The notes: a model not told the origin generated them from the letters alone. Positions 45,539-57,141 are shown, counted from the whole stretch's first letter. The stretch: 63,980 bases of DNA, filler included, from Craspedostauros australis (GCA_030167865.1; 9 parts of 9 records of this genome joined end to end with filler, not necessarily neighbours in it), one strand, 5' to 3'. Program-made: numbers and translations.

Positions 45539-48037
45539 TCACTTGTCCTCCTCCTCAGCAGCGCTGTTGCTCTCACTTTCAAAGGATGATTTGATTGAAC
45601 GCACGAAACCCACCAATGTTGCACGATCCATGTATGAATCCACTTGCGCACTACCCTCATCTTCATCCACAACCTTGTACAGCTCCATCATAGACATGCG
45701 ACTGTACTCGTCATCAACACCATCGCTGACTGTTCCTCCACTGCAAAGGACTTGGATGCCTCCCATCAGGTGAGGTTGTTGAGTGATCTTGTTGAAATCT
45801 GGATGAGCAAGACAAGCCTGTGTATTTTGAGATATCACTCTCATTGCCGCATCTTCCAACACTGAACAGCTGTGTTGATGGGCGAATATCAGCGTATCAA
45901 TCATGGTGTCCTTTGTGAGGTGCTTGCGAGCCAACTCCGCTTCAAGAACAAGCTTGAGTCGCCAGAAACCGAACTCGTCGGCCACAAGGATCAGCTGCTG
46001 CAGATCGTGTTGTCCATTGAGGATGGGAGTTGGCTGGTCATCGCCATCGTCATGATCGCTCTCATCGAAGGATATNTCCCCCTTGTAGATGCATTCGATG
46101 ACATGGCGGACATATTTGGGTTGGAGGTCAGGAAGAGCCACGGTGGTTTGGATGGAGTCAGTGATCGGATCAGGGACAGGGACAGCGACAGGGTCAGCGA
46201 CAGGATCAGCGATAGAATCGTCCCATGACGATGACAGCGAGGATGACGATGACGGTGGGGATGATGGCTTGGTCAAAGATAGATGGTGGATTCCAGAGTC
46301 GATCAATGTTTGANNNNNNNNNNNNNNNNNNNNNNNNNNNNNNNNNNNNNNNNNNNNNNNNNNCAGCTGCTGCAGATCGTGTTGTCCATTGAGGATGGGA
46401 GTTGGCTGGTCATCGCCATCGTCATGATCGCTCTCATCGAAGGATATTTCCCCCTTGTAGATGCATTCGATGACATGGCGGACATATTTGGGTTGGAGGT
46501 CAGGAAGAGCCACGGTGGTTTGGATGGAGTCAGTGATCGGATCAGGGACAGGGACAGCGACAGGGTCAGCGACAGGATCAGCGATAGAATCGTCCCATGA
46601 CGATGACAGCGAGGATGACGATGACGGTGGGGATGATGGCTTGGTCAAAGATAGATGGTGGATTCCAGAGTCGATCAATGTTTGAATCGATGGGACGGTG
46701 ACCACGAGGACTCCGCTGTTTGCCTTGATCGGCTGTTGTTGATCGCCTTGTCCACACAGGAAAACGATGTCTGCGTTCGCCTCGGTACGAACAGCGGTGC
46801 AACGATCTTGGCCGATGCTGATGTTGGTCGTTGTGTTGATGTTCGGCTTGTTGTGCTTGGGTGTTGCTGTGGCAGTGCTTGTGATGCTTCGTTTGTGAAG
46901 CTGTAGTTGTGAGCTCAGGTGACTGAGACGCTCCATGATCGATCTCATCATGTTGATCTGATGTGTTGGATCGATCACATCGAGGGGTGTTCTGTTGTTG
47001 TTGTTCTTGATGTCGATATCGATGTTAGCGTTGGCTGATTCGATGAGGCACTTGACGCAGTCAGAATGACCTTCGGAGCATGCATAATGCAGAGGAGTGT
47101 CACCTTGGTTGTTTTTGCAGTTGGCGTTGGCCTCCGCAGAGTCGACGAGGTACTTGACACATTCGAGATGACCATTGTAGCATGCATCATGAAGAGGAAT
47201 GACACCATCGTTGTCTTTGTAGTTGGTGTCGGCCTTCGCAGAGTCGACGAGGTACTTGGCACACTCGAGATGGCCATATTCGCATGCCAGATGAAGAGGA
47301 GTGTTACCATCGTCGTTTTTGCAGTTGGCATCAGCCTTCGCAGAGTCGACGAGGTACTTGGCGCACTCCAGATGGCCATATTCGCATGCCAGATGAAGAG
47401 GAGTGTCATCATCGTTGTTTTTGCAGTTGGCATCAGCCTTCACAGAGTCGATGAGGTACTTGGCACACTCGAGATGACCATATTCGCATGCCAGATGAAG
47501 AGGAGTACCACCATTGTTGTCTTTGCAGTTGGTGTCGGCCTTCGCAGAGTCGATGAGGTACTTGGCACACTCGAGATGGCCATTTTCGCATGCATAATGA
47601 AGAGGAGTACCACCATCGTCGTCTTTGCAGTTGGCGTTGGCCTTCGCAGAGTCGACGAGGTACTTGACACACTCCAGATGACCATTGCAACCTGCATAAT
47701 GAAGAGGAGTACCATCATCGGCTTCGCAGTTGGCGTTGACCTCGCACGATTCGATGAGGTACTTGGCACACTTCAGATGACCATTGTAGCATGCATCATG
47801 AAGAGGAGTGTCACCATGGTTGCCTTCGCAGTTGGCATCGGCCTTCGCAGATTCGACAAGGTACTTGACACACTCGAAATGGCCATTTTGGCATGCCAGA
47901 TGAAGAGGAGTGTCACCATCGTCGTCTGCGACCTTGTTGACATCAACACCTTCCTTCTGCTTCTTCCATTCCTTCAACACAGACACTTCACCTGCCTTGG
48001 CAGCATCAAGGAGTTGTTGGTTCGAAACATCCAGCAT
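45539..48037 (-). CDS. Ankyrin-repeat (~10 repeats) + BTB/POZ-BACK-like protein; ~708 aa after removing a 372-nt assembly duplication
   Basis: 34-aa repeats G.TPLH.AC..GHLEC.KYL. BTB-like ADIVFLCG..IKANSGVL, LPDLQPKYVRHVIECIYKG, LILVADEFG..RLKL..EAEL, LIFAHQHSCSVLEDAAM. 45992-46313 duplicates 46364-46685 across a gap. Confidence 0.85.
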   Translation of the reverse strand: MLDVSNQQLLDAAKAGEVSVLKEWKKQKEGVDVNKVADDDGDTPLHLACQNGHFECVKYLVESAKADANCEGNHGDTPLHDACYNGHLKCAKYLIESCEVNANCEADDGTPLHYAGCNGHLECVKYLVDSAKANANCKDDDGGTPLHYACENGHLECAKYLIDSAKADTNCKDNNGGTPLHLACEYGHLECAKYLIDSVKADANCKNNDDDTPLHLACEYGHLECAKYLVDSAKADANCKNDDGNTPLHLACEYGHLECAKYLVDSAKADTNYKDNDGVIPLHDACYNGHLECVKYLVDSAEANANCKNNQGDTPLHYACSEGHSDCVKCLIESANANIDIDIKNNNNRTPLDVIDPTHQINMMRSIMERLSHLSSQLQLHKRSITSTATATPKHNKPNINTTTNISIGQDRCTAVRTEANADIVFLCGQGDQQQPIKANSGVLVVTVPSIQTLIDSGIHHLSLTKPSSPPSSSSSLSSSWDDSIADPVADPVAVPVPDPITDSIQTTVALPDLQPKYVRHVIECIYKGEISFDESDHDDGDDQPTPILNGQHDLQQLXXXXXXXXXXXXXXXXXQTLIDSGIHHLSLTKPSSPPSSSSSLSSSWDDSIADPVADPVAVPVPDPITDSIQTTVALPDLQPKYVRHVIECIYKGXISFDESDHDDGDDQPTPILNGQHDLQQLILVADEFGFWRLKLVLEAELARKHLTKDTMIDTLIFAHQHSCSVLEDAAMRVISQNTQACLAHPDFNKITQQPHLMGGIQVLCSGGTVSDGVDDEYSRMSMMELYKVVDEDEGSAQVDSYMDRATLVGFVRSIKSSFESESNSAAEEEDK

Positions 48038-49173
48038 GTTGAGATGATGTTTGATGGTAGATGATTGTTGAGCGGTTGTTAGTTGGATGATGCGTGGATG
48101 ATGTGTGGACGATTGTTGGATGTTGTGTGATTGGTGATGATTGGATGATTGGTTGCCGAGGATGATTTTATGGCATGATGCCTGCTTTATGAGATGAAAT
48201 GGTCAAGATCCAGATTGTGTGTCCCAATTCCACCAGTGCAACGACGAGCAAGTGTACGAGTACGGATACGAGTATGTACGCGTAGTCGTATGATGCCGTG
48301 TGATGAACAGCATGCCAACGCCTCTTGTTGGTGGATTCGAGCGTGGATTTCGATACCTGGAGTAGGACTCGCACAACGTTGTTGTCTCCTTGCCTCTGTC
48401 TTTCATTGTCTTTCATTGTCTTTCTCTCTCCTTCTGTCGCTTTCTTTCTGTGTTGGTCTCCGTCCCTTGATCACCATCCCTTGATCCCCATCCCACGATC
48501 GTGTCCTGCTTCGGTACGAGTACGATCTATGGAGTGTTGTGGAGGAGGATCACCAGCGTGGAGTCTCAACACCCATCATGTCCTGGTTTTGTTGGGTCAT
48601 GTGGGGCACCAAGAAGTGGAGTTGGACGAGAACACTCTCCACGACACGATCTTTGTGGTTGTCGGAACAAAACGAGGGATCTTGTGTGATGAGAACGGAG
48701 TATCTTCGACTGGTGGGATCGTTGAAACAGAACAATGACCAGTGTCACCAATCGAAAGCATGAAGAAGGCGATCGATCAATCGATGTGACACACATCCAG
48801 TTCGAACTGTTCGGACAGTGTTCTCATTGGTTCATGTGGTCATGAGAGGAAGAGCCATGTGTTACGATTGACTGGGTCTCGTGATGCATCCTCATCCATG
48901 TGAATGTGGTTGTGCTCTGATCCACACAAATAGAATACCAACTAGAGTACTCTCTGTATTTGGTAGAATAGTATATTATACAATAGAATAGAATACATAG
49001 TGATTCTTTGTAGTTTACGGCTTTGTGTTCATGAAGCAGCGTAGCCTTTGATATTCGTCTGATGCCAAGTGCATAGATCGTTCGTGGCAACGTGAATTGC
49101 CTTTCNGTCATTTGCGAAGCCACTGTGCCGAACGCTGCTGAGTCGAGTACCATTGTTCGGACCAGCTCACATT

Positions 49174-50054
49174 TCACTTCTGCAACTGTGCCATGAGGGT
49201 CGCCATCTGATCCTGCAGGACTTGCAGCTGCGACGCAGCCGTCGCCTTGAGGCTGGGTCCGAGCTGCTGGATGCCATCAGTATCATTGAGCCTGACAACC
49301 TGACCATCCCCGATGTTGNNNNNNNNNNNNNNNNNNNNNNNNNNNNNNNNNNNNNNNNNNNNNNNNNNAAGTTGGCGCCCTCGTAGTTTGTTGGTGACGT
49401 TTGGTTGTTGTTGCCCTTGTGCTTCTTGGCGACAGTTGCAACCAGTGCACCGGCATCACGTAGTTCCACTGGGGATCCATTCTGTGAGCTGTTGTTGCAG
49501 CATCGGCCACAGCAACAGCAGCAAGAATGTGTGTGCATGTGCAATGTGGTGCAAGGTGGTACAAGTAGGAGTATGTCACATTGAAAGAAATGGNNNNNNN
49601 NNNNNNNNNNNNNNNNNNNNNNNNNNNNNNNNNNNNNNNNNNNNNNNNNNNNNNNNNNNNNNNNNNNNNNNNNNNNNNNNNNNNNNNNNNNNNNNNNNNN
49701 NNNNNNNNNNNNNNNNNNNNNNNNNNNNNNNNNNNNNNNNNNNNNNNNNNNNNNNNNNNNNCGCTCAGCACATACAAACACAGCAAAGCATAGGGAAGAC
49801 AGTACGTACTACAGCACTTCCCCGCGCCGCGCCGTGCGCAGGATGTTCCCTGGCGCAACGTTGCCATACCGACGCGTCGGTGCGGGCGTCGCAGCCACGG
49901 GCGGCAAGGGCTTGTTGTTGGCCGGCAACGGACGCTTGTGACCGGCCACCTGCACGCCGTCCTTCTGCAGCAGCAGCTGCAGCAAGTTGCACTCGTACTT
50001 GGCATTGAAATCCCGGATCTTCGTCCCTTTCACGGCCCTTGACAGCTTGAGCAT
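49174..50054 (-). CDS. Borealin/CDCA8-like chromosomal passenger complex subunit (apparently lacking the N-terminal helix); exons 50054-49810 and 49488-49174 (gapped)
   Basis: MLKLSRAVKGTKIRDF. A phase-2 GTACGT..ACAG intron (49809-49489) gives RTARRGEVL-Y-SQNGSPV. C-terminus NIGDGQVVRL..IQQLGPSLK..LQVLQDQMATLMAQLQK resembles the Borealin dimerisation domain. Confidence 0.6.
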
Positions 50055-50839
50055 GTTGGCGATGTGTGTGTGTCAATAGGACTGAGTGTGTGAATCGATG
50101 TTGTTTGCTACTACAATATATATTATTCTATTATCATATAACATGTAATGATATAATGTTGGAATGGATTGATGAGTTTGGGAGTTGCGGTCTGCCCACG
50201 TGACAGTGGCTCGCCCAGCTCTGTGGGAAGATGTGGGTGCGAGGTGTGCGCTACATTGGTGGTGGTCAAGCGAGTCACGGGCGGGACTAGAATCAACAAC
50301 ATCAACAACGACTCCAACAACAACATCACCATCGATCGCAACAACCACACCAACAACGAATCTCACCTACGGTAAGGTTCTGGTGGTGCTCAACGTTGCG
50401 CGCAAGGCATCGAACAGGCTCCGACGCAACGTCCGGCACACTTCTCTTGTCACGGAACTTCGGCAGGTCATGCCATCGGTGGTGGAGCAGGAGTCGCACG
50501 CATCCTTCAACTTCGTGGTCAANNNNNACGACAATAATACCAACAACAGTGCCAGTCCAACATCATTCTCCCTCTTCCCATCAAGCGATATCGCATCGCG
50601 TCGATCGGCCACCACCACCAACAACAATGAGAGCAACGGCAACGGCAATGGCAACGACAACAACAACAACAATGAGAGCAACAACAATCAAAGCAACGGC
50701 AACAACAACAGGAAGAAAGGTAGAGGTAGAGGCAGAAAGNNNNNNNNNNNNNNNNNNNNNNNNNNNNNNNNNNNNNNNNNNNNTTAATTAATTAANNNNN
50801 NNNNNNNNNNNNNNNNNNNNNNNNNNNNNNNNNNNNNNN

Positions 50840-51555
50840 AAATCAACGCTGAGAATAACAAACACGAGACTCCACTCCACAAGGCATATTACCACAGGTG
50901 CTTCAATGTTGTCGAGTATCTGGTCGCAGCACCAAGTGTCGATTTGAACGTGAAAGACCAGTATGGCAACACCGTCCTCCATCTCGCAACCGCACATGGG
51001 CATCTTGATGTTGTGGAGTGGTTGGTTGAATCCGTCAAGGCCAATATCAACGCTGAGAATAACCGACACGAGACTCCACTCGACAAGGCATGTTTCCACA
51101 ACCGCCTCGATGTTATCAAGTATCTGGTCGCAGCACCCAATGTTGATTTGAACGTAAAAAACAGGGATTATCAATGGATACTCCATCGCGCAAGCACATT
51201 TGGTCGTCCCGACATTGTGAAGTCGTTAGTTGAACAAGGCAAGGTAGATGTCAACATCAAAGCCAACAGGACTGGCAATACTGCATTGCACGAAGCGTGC
51301 TTCAGTGGTAGATTGGAGGTCGTGAAGTATTTGGTGGAATCGTCCAACGCAGAAATCGACATTCAAAACAAGAATGGCAGTACACCACTTTGGGAGGCAA
51401 GTGACACTGGGAATTTGGCGGTTGTCAAGTACTTGGTGGAATCGTGCAACGCAGACATCAGCATCAAGAATATCGATGGGAATACTCCATTGGATATTGC
51501 GAGAATTGGGGGCTCCGCTAATGTTGCTCACTACTTGACCGCTCTTGCTTGGTGA
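50840..51555 (+). CDS. Ankyrin-repeat protein, 5'-truncated
   Basis: About 7 repeats such as GNTVLHLATAHGHLDVVEWLV, GNTALHEACFSGRLEVVKYLV and GSTPLWEA..GNLAVVKYLV. Confidence 0.9.
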
Positions 51556-51973
51556 GAGCACAGCTGTAAATTAGACAAGAATCAACCAACCAATCACCCA
51601 TCAAAGTGATCTCGCTTCGCAGCTGTCAAGTGCTTCACATCCATCGTTGACGTAAACCAGCCGTTACTATTCTATTGTTCAGTGGACTACAATTATTGTC
51701 CTATGAGAGGATGGTACGCTGTTCTGCGCTCAACGTCGCTTCATGTTGCAAGGTCATGGCACCTCTGTCAAACCCATGGGTCGCGATGTGTTGTGCTGTG
51801 GTAGGTATATGTACGGCATGCGATTGCGCTTTGCCTCCATTGGATGCAAGCGGCGCCATGGTCTGAGATTCATGATGCGTCTCAGACATACCATCGGAGT
51901 CGTGATCCATGTGTTGATGCGGCGCACTGCGGTTGCGCCGGATTATCATGTGTACTATCATACATTGACGCGC

Positions 51974-53544
51974 TTATTTCTGCACACCCATCTCCTCATC
52001 GGCGTCAGCCTCGGAGCTCTCGGTCTCCTCGTCCTGGTTCAACTTGTTCATGGCGGCAGTCTCCATGCGGAGGGCAGACTCGAAGACGGTAGCATCGTCT
52101 TCGTTGCTGCACGAGTTGATCTCTTCACGCAGAGTCTTGATGTTGGACAGGATGCGCTCGCGGCGGACGGAGTAAGACTCGTTCTTTGTGGCGTGAGCCT
52201 TCTGGAGCTCGAGGTACTCGCGTGGGACGGCGGTGGAACCGACCTCATTGACAAGCACGTTGGTTCCCAAATGCAGGTTGTGGTTGCTCTTGTGGTCTGG
52301 CTTCATGCCAGCGGCGCGCTCCTCTGGGGTGCCGATGTACACCTCATCGAGCTGGAAGCCAGAGACGGCCTTGTGGACGGAGGCAAGGTCCCAGGCTTCG
52401 GAGCAGATACCGGTGGCTTCCAACAACAGACAGAACTGGAGGAAGATGTAGACGATTGGGTTGGAGAGGAAGGCAATGGGGAAGACGGATGCAACCAGCT
52501 GCCATGTGATGGAAGCGATGATGGTGGTGATGAGGGATCCGAGAAGTCCGGTGTTGCAGAATTCCTGGGTGCTGTCGGAGACTCCGAAGATGTTCTCGCC
52601 AGTTCCAACCTCGACATCAAGAGTGGTGACATGGGCGATGATGAAGGAGCACATGGTCACGCAGATCTGACGTTCGATCATGAATCCTGGAAGGTTGCGT
52701 CCGTCACCGCGGAAGAGGAGCTCCCAGGTCTTGCGGGCCATTGGGTGGTCTCCACGATCCTCCTTTGGAATCTTGGCAACGGCGAAGAAGGCGATCTGCA
52801 TACCCTCAAGCATACCGACGATGGACATGAAGAGGAAGAAGAGGGTGACGACCATGGCGTAGCACAGGATGGCGAGGGAGATGAGGATGCGGCCCCAGTA
52901 GAAGAGGTTCTGGGCGCCGTCGCGTGGTGGCTCCTTCGACTCGATTTCCTTGCCGGAGGCCCAGACGAAGAACATCTGGACGAGGTAGCACAAGTGCAGA
53001 AGCCCGGAGAACTCGATGGCGAGGGCGACATAGAGGGCGAAGACGGCGAAGAAGTTGTTGTTGTAGTCAAGCATGCAGAGGGAGGCGTTGACTTGGGAGT
53101 TGAGCTGTCCGGCCATGGCGGTCATGAGGATCCGAGGACGATCTGGATGATGATGTCTGGGAGTCCGAAGACCTCGGCATCGGCAAGCGGGGCACCGCAC
53201 TGGTTGATGGTGAAGACCATGAGAAGGACCATGAACTGACGTCCCATGAGGTGGCAGTCGAGGTTGTCACCCTTGTGGGCGAGGGAGGTGCACTGGTGGC
53301 TGGTTGGATGGGATTCGACGTAGAGGTCGCGGTCGACTGGTGGGAGACCGACGAGGGAACCCTGTCCTCCCTCCACCATGTTGAGCCAGACGAGGGCCGT
53401 GATCATGATGACGACGGCGACCACTGGGTGGACCTCGGACGAGACCTTGGTCTGCTCATTGAAGATGAGTCCGCAGACGATGGTGATCGAGAAGATGAGG
53501 AGTCCGGTGGAGTACACCGACTTGATGAGCTGAACGGGATCCAT
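51974..53544 (-). pseudogene. SIT: Silicon transporter (SIT) pseudogene
   Basis: SIT hallmarks EGGQ, MGRQ, GQLNSQVNAS.CMLD, EGMQIAFFAV, NLPGFM, YIGTPEERAA and a coiled-coil tail. Defects: frameshift near 53130, an internal deletion near 52845, and the fourth GXQ motif changed to ERQ. Confidence 0.88.
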
Positions 53545-53861
53545 CTCGTTTGTCTGTCTGTTTGTTGCTTTTGCTCTGGTTGTCGCTTCTTGTTGCTGTG
53601 ATGCGTTGCAAAAGTCGCGATGGTTGAAATTGTGAGTGATGCAAAGTCAGGTTCGATGAATGCCGTGAAGGCATGTGTGGTTGTACGTGGTCGTATGCAG
53701 TTGCACATAACGCATTGCTTTCGAAAATAACGGATGTTAAACGATCACATCGAGATGTGCACATGTTGCGCAGGAAGCGAGTTATGAGCGTAGTTTTGAC
53801 ATCAATCCAGAGAGTGACTGCTCAACGCTCTACGAGTACAAGATGACGTTTGTAGAGTGGT

Positions 53862-53947
53862 CGATTGTGTATTGTATTCTTTGTTGTATTCTGTTCTATT
53901 GCGTGTATTCTATTGTATTCTATGTTCTATGTTCTATGTTCTATGGT
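53862..53947. repeat. Low-complexity TATT(G/C)/TATGTTC repeat
   Basis: Runs of tattg, tattc and tatgttc. Confidence 0.6.
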
Positions 53948-54124
53948 GTATGGGGTGTTGTATGGTTGTTGTGCATATGGTTGCTGTATTGGTGTTGATG
54001 CTCGGTCGTGATGAGATTCACTTCCTTGCGTGAAAAATTATGTGTGTGGAGATGGGCGAGAATGTGTGTGCACGAGGATGCGCGAGGCTTCACAACAAGC
54101 CTCGTTGTGCTGCAGCGCATTTGT

Positions 54125-55039
54125 TTATGCCATGATGCTGTCATCCGAAGACTGAAGACGAGCCATGAAGAGGTCGGTCATGCGGTTGCCGCCCTGAAGC
54201 TTCGCAGACTTCACGATGCTTGACACATCCTTGTCCCAGATCTCCTCGTAAGACTTGATCAGTCCGGACACTGGGCAGCGCTTCATGACGACGGTTCCGC
54301 TCAGGAAGCACTTGGGCGAGAATGGACCGCGGAATGTCAAGTCCTCCTCGAAGCGGAAGGTCACGGCGTGCTTGGTCACCGAAAGGGTGTCCTCGATGAG
54401 TCGCGACTCGCATTCAGCTGCGTCAAAGAGCATGCGGCAGCCGCGGACCCATTGCTCGCGGTAGTACTTGCCATCGAGGTCGGATCCGTCCTTGAAGGTG
54501 GCCTGCTCATCGTAGATGGACTTGGTGACATCGGCCGTGACGAGCGACTTCTTGTTGACGATGTCGCTGATGATGATCTGTGCCAGTTGCTCGTCNNNNN
54601 NNNNNNNNNNNNNNNNNNNNNNNNNNNNNNNNNNNNNNNNNNNNNTCTGTTCCGTTGTGCATGTGGCGGCGACGGCCAATGCGGCCATGGAATGCATCCA
54701 TGCACGTCGGGATGTCGACGTTGATGGCAAGGATGGGGTGGCGTCAGCGTTGGCGGTGGTGCTCCAGAGAGGATCGGCAGGTGTGGCTGCATCCTGGAAA
54801 GACTGTTGTGGCACGTTGGATGCGATGGCTTGTCTGGCGTTCTGGAGGAATGCGAAACGGGATGCCGATGGTTGCTCGGACTCGAACATGGTGGCGAAGA
54901 GCTGGGTGTTGGCTGATGTTGGCTGTCTTGTGGTGAATGCCTGTGCTTGGTTGTTGGCGCATGGTGCTGCGAGGACGACGAGTCCAAGGAAAAGGGAGAG
55001 CTTGGCGCTGGATGTGGTTGGCTTGCTGTTGCTGTTCAT
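54125..55039 (-). CDS. Plastid (likely thylakoid lumen) DUF2358/NTF2-like protein, gapped
   Basis: Signal peptide ending AQA-FTT, transit peptide, twin-arginine TSRRAWMHSMAALAVAA. Mature part IYDEQATFKD..F.GPFSPK..LSG..G.IKSYEE.W is DUF2358-like. Confidence 0.7.
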   Translation of the reverse strand: MNSNSKPTTSSAKLSLFLGLVVLAAPCANNQAQAFTTRQPTSANTQLFATMFESEQPSASRFAFLQNARQAIASNVPQQSFQDAATPADPLWSTTANADATPSLPSTSTSRRAWMHSMAALAVAATCTTEQXXXXXXXXXXXXXXXXXDEQLAQIIISDIVNKKSLVTADVTKSIYDEQATFKDGSDLDGKYYREQWVRGCRMLFDAAECESRLIEDTLSVTKHAVTFRFEEDLTFRGPFSPKCFLSGTVVMKRCPVSGLIKSYEEIWDKDVSSIVKSAKLQGGNRMTDLFMARLQSSDDSIMA

Positions 55040-55045
55040 GATTGT

Positions 55046-55191
55046 ATTGTGTGTATTGTGTGTATTGTGTGTATTGTGTGTATTGTGTGTATTGTGTGTA
55101 TTGTGTGTATTGTGTGTGTTGTGTGTATTGTGTGTATTGTGTGTATTGTGTGTATTGTGTGTATTGTGTGTATTGTGTGTGTTGTGTGTAT
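55046..55191. repeat. 9-bp microsatellite (ATTGTGTGT)x~16
   Basis: Near-perfect tandem copies immediately upstream of the ATG at 55039 on the minus strand. Confidence 0.95.
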
Positions 55192-57141
55192 TATTTGTTG
55201 TTGATTTGGTAGAGTCTGATTGTCCTCTTTTGCTTCGTTGTTGTTGTTGTGGATGTTGTGGCTGTTGTGTTTGTGTCGCTTTTGATTTTGTGAGGAGAGG
55301 ATGGACATCGGAAGAATCCACACCAACGCACAGTTGCGCACATTCACGAGCATAACCACAATGGAGAAGACTATAGAGGGAGAAGAACAACACGTGGGTG
55401 TTGGAGTCATGATACTCCATGCAGAATCGCCATTCACAGCAACGTCACCAGTTTGACCGATCCCCACTTATCGTCTCCGTTCTCCCCACGAAACTCAATT
55501 GCCAATCCCGAAATGTGAAGGACCGATCTATTTGGTTGTCGAAACACATCATCCATCAGTTCATGCCAACAGCGAACAATTGATGTCCACACACAAACAT
55601 TCAACCAGGCCCGAACAAGGCAAGAGCAATGATGCAACAACACCGGTGAGTGGGGAGAGGTTGGTCTTGTGTGGTGATCCGAATCCCAATCCCAATTCAA
55701 ATCAAATCACATACCACATACTTTGGCCCAAGCAAAGGCAGAGTGACAACGCAAAACTCCTCACCATGCAGATCAGTCCATGGGCGCCATCACACCAAGC
55801 AACACAAACCAGCACGATACTCGCGCGCTGCAAGTCCGAACCATGGACATCCTCCTGATCGTGCCATCCTTCCTCCTCTTCTCTCTCATCATGTATTCAT
55901 ACTCGGATAGATGCGCACGTCTCATCATCCCCACACATACGACCGACACATGTTCGAAGTATGTACATGCAACCCAGCGGTCCAGCAGCTTTCATGATGA
56001 TGGAGCATTGGCAGGGAACATCAACTTGAGCACCGTCACCAATCGTGCGGCGCTTTAAGACCAGCTACTCTGTGTGCCTCGCTATTTGAGTCTGAGTATG
56101 ACGTACAGTTGTAACGGGCGATCGCGGCAGCAACCGCAACTGCAAAAGCGAGAACAGAGACCCGCACACAGTGACAGCCTGTTGGCAATGCGACGTCTCG
56201 CGTGCTTTCTTCCATCGTTGTCATCGTCATCATCATCATGGTGATACGGATCCAATCATGTAAACCAATACCATCTTCGCCATGCGTACCATGCATACCA
56301 TGCACCCCTCCTCTCTGCAGTTGCTCTGCAACCAGTTTGCTCCATCTTGTTTGGTGAAAATGTGAACTGGTTGAGTCGTGAAGTGCCCGTTGTCTTGTTG
56401 TTCTTGTTCTCTTGAGTACTTGTAGCGCAATGATGATGATATTTGTGGATTTATGGGCTTTTCTCCGAGAACCAATTAACAGTTAGTATGGACAGGATAA
56501 GTCTTTCACGACCAGCACGCCCAACTGTGCATCTCGGGTTGCTGTTGTGTGGGGAGAAGGGGTGTTGTCTTTCGTAATGTGCTATTCGTGGTTGAGTGTG
56601 AGACCATTGGAGTTGTGTTGACGGAAGACTGATAGAGGCTTCTGATTGGCCATCAAGGATGGACGTGGCAACGAATTCATGACAAACCGGTGTTCCTGTT
56701 TCCAAACGTCCAGTGAAGCTCACTTTCACCACACAACACCACGACTTCGTGTGTTTTGCGGGTGCTCGCTGCTTGTGGCCTCACGTGTATTTCCTGTGTG
56801 CCGAACAAGATCAATGCTTGGGGATGGAAGTGTGGTTGAGATCATGGTGGGTATTGTGTTCTCTCCATCCGCATGTATTCCGCCATGACTGAAACCTGTA
56901 TGACAGATTGCGGAGGTTGCCGCTCTTGCGTCGGCAAGCTGGCACCTTCTTCATCCTCTTGTGGTGTCTGTGAGAAGCGAAGGAAAACAAAACAGCTCGG
57001 CATTCCTCTCACAAAATACAAATCCATCCACTCCACAAACCACAACAACAACAACAGCCAAGAGAATACATCCGCTCCACACACACAACACAATCCGACA
57101 AGGGCATCCGAAGAAGAACAACAACAACAATAGCAACCGCA

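Noticed and set aside
45992..46685. Tandem duplication inside the BTB domain (likewise 58017-58184 and 63238-63449)
   Set aside because: Essentially identical copies flank a ~50-N gap, the signature of unmerged overlapping contigs rather than biology.
47066..48064. 332-aa repetitive plus-strand ORF
   Set aside because: Antisense of the ankyrin array.
50185..50739. Asn/Thr-rich plus-strand ORF
   Set aside because: Low-complexity, gap-interrupted, no clear start or family; cannot be supported as a gene or as the missing Borealin exon.
33923..51555. Immune-like cluster of STAND ATPase, ankyrin-BTB and ankyrin genes
   Set aside because: The genes lie on different contigs separated by artificial linkers, so no linkage can be inferred.
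53122..53140. Programmed frameshift or selenocysteine UGA in SIT
   Set aside because: No slippery site, conserved residues are missing at the junction, and other inactivating changes co-occur. Deletion is the simpler explanation.
51743..53239. 498-aa plus-strand ORF
   Set aside because: Antisense shadow of the SIT pseudogene.
55040..55420. N-terminal (HNT)n extension of the 431-aa ORF as real protein
   Set aside because: It would bury the signal peptide that starts at 55039; better explained as a UTR microsatellite.
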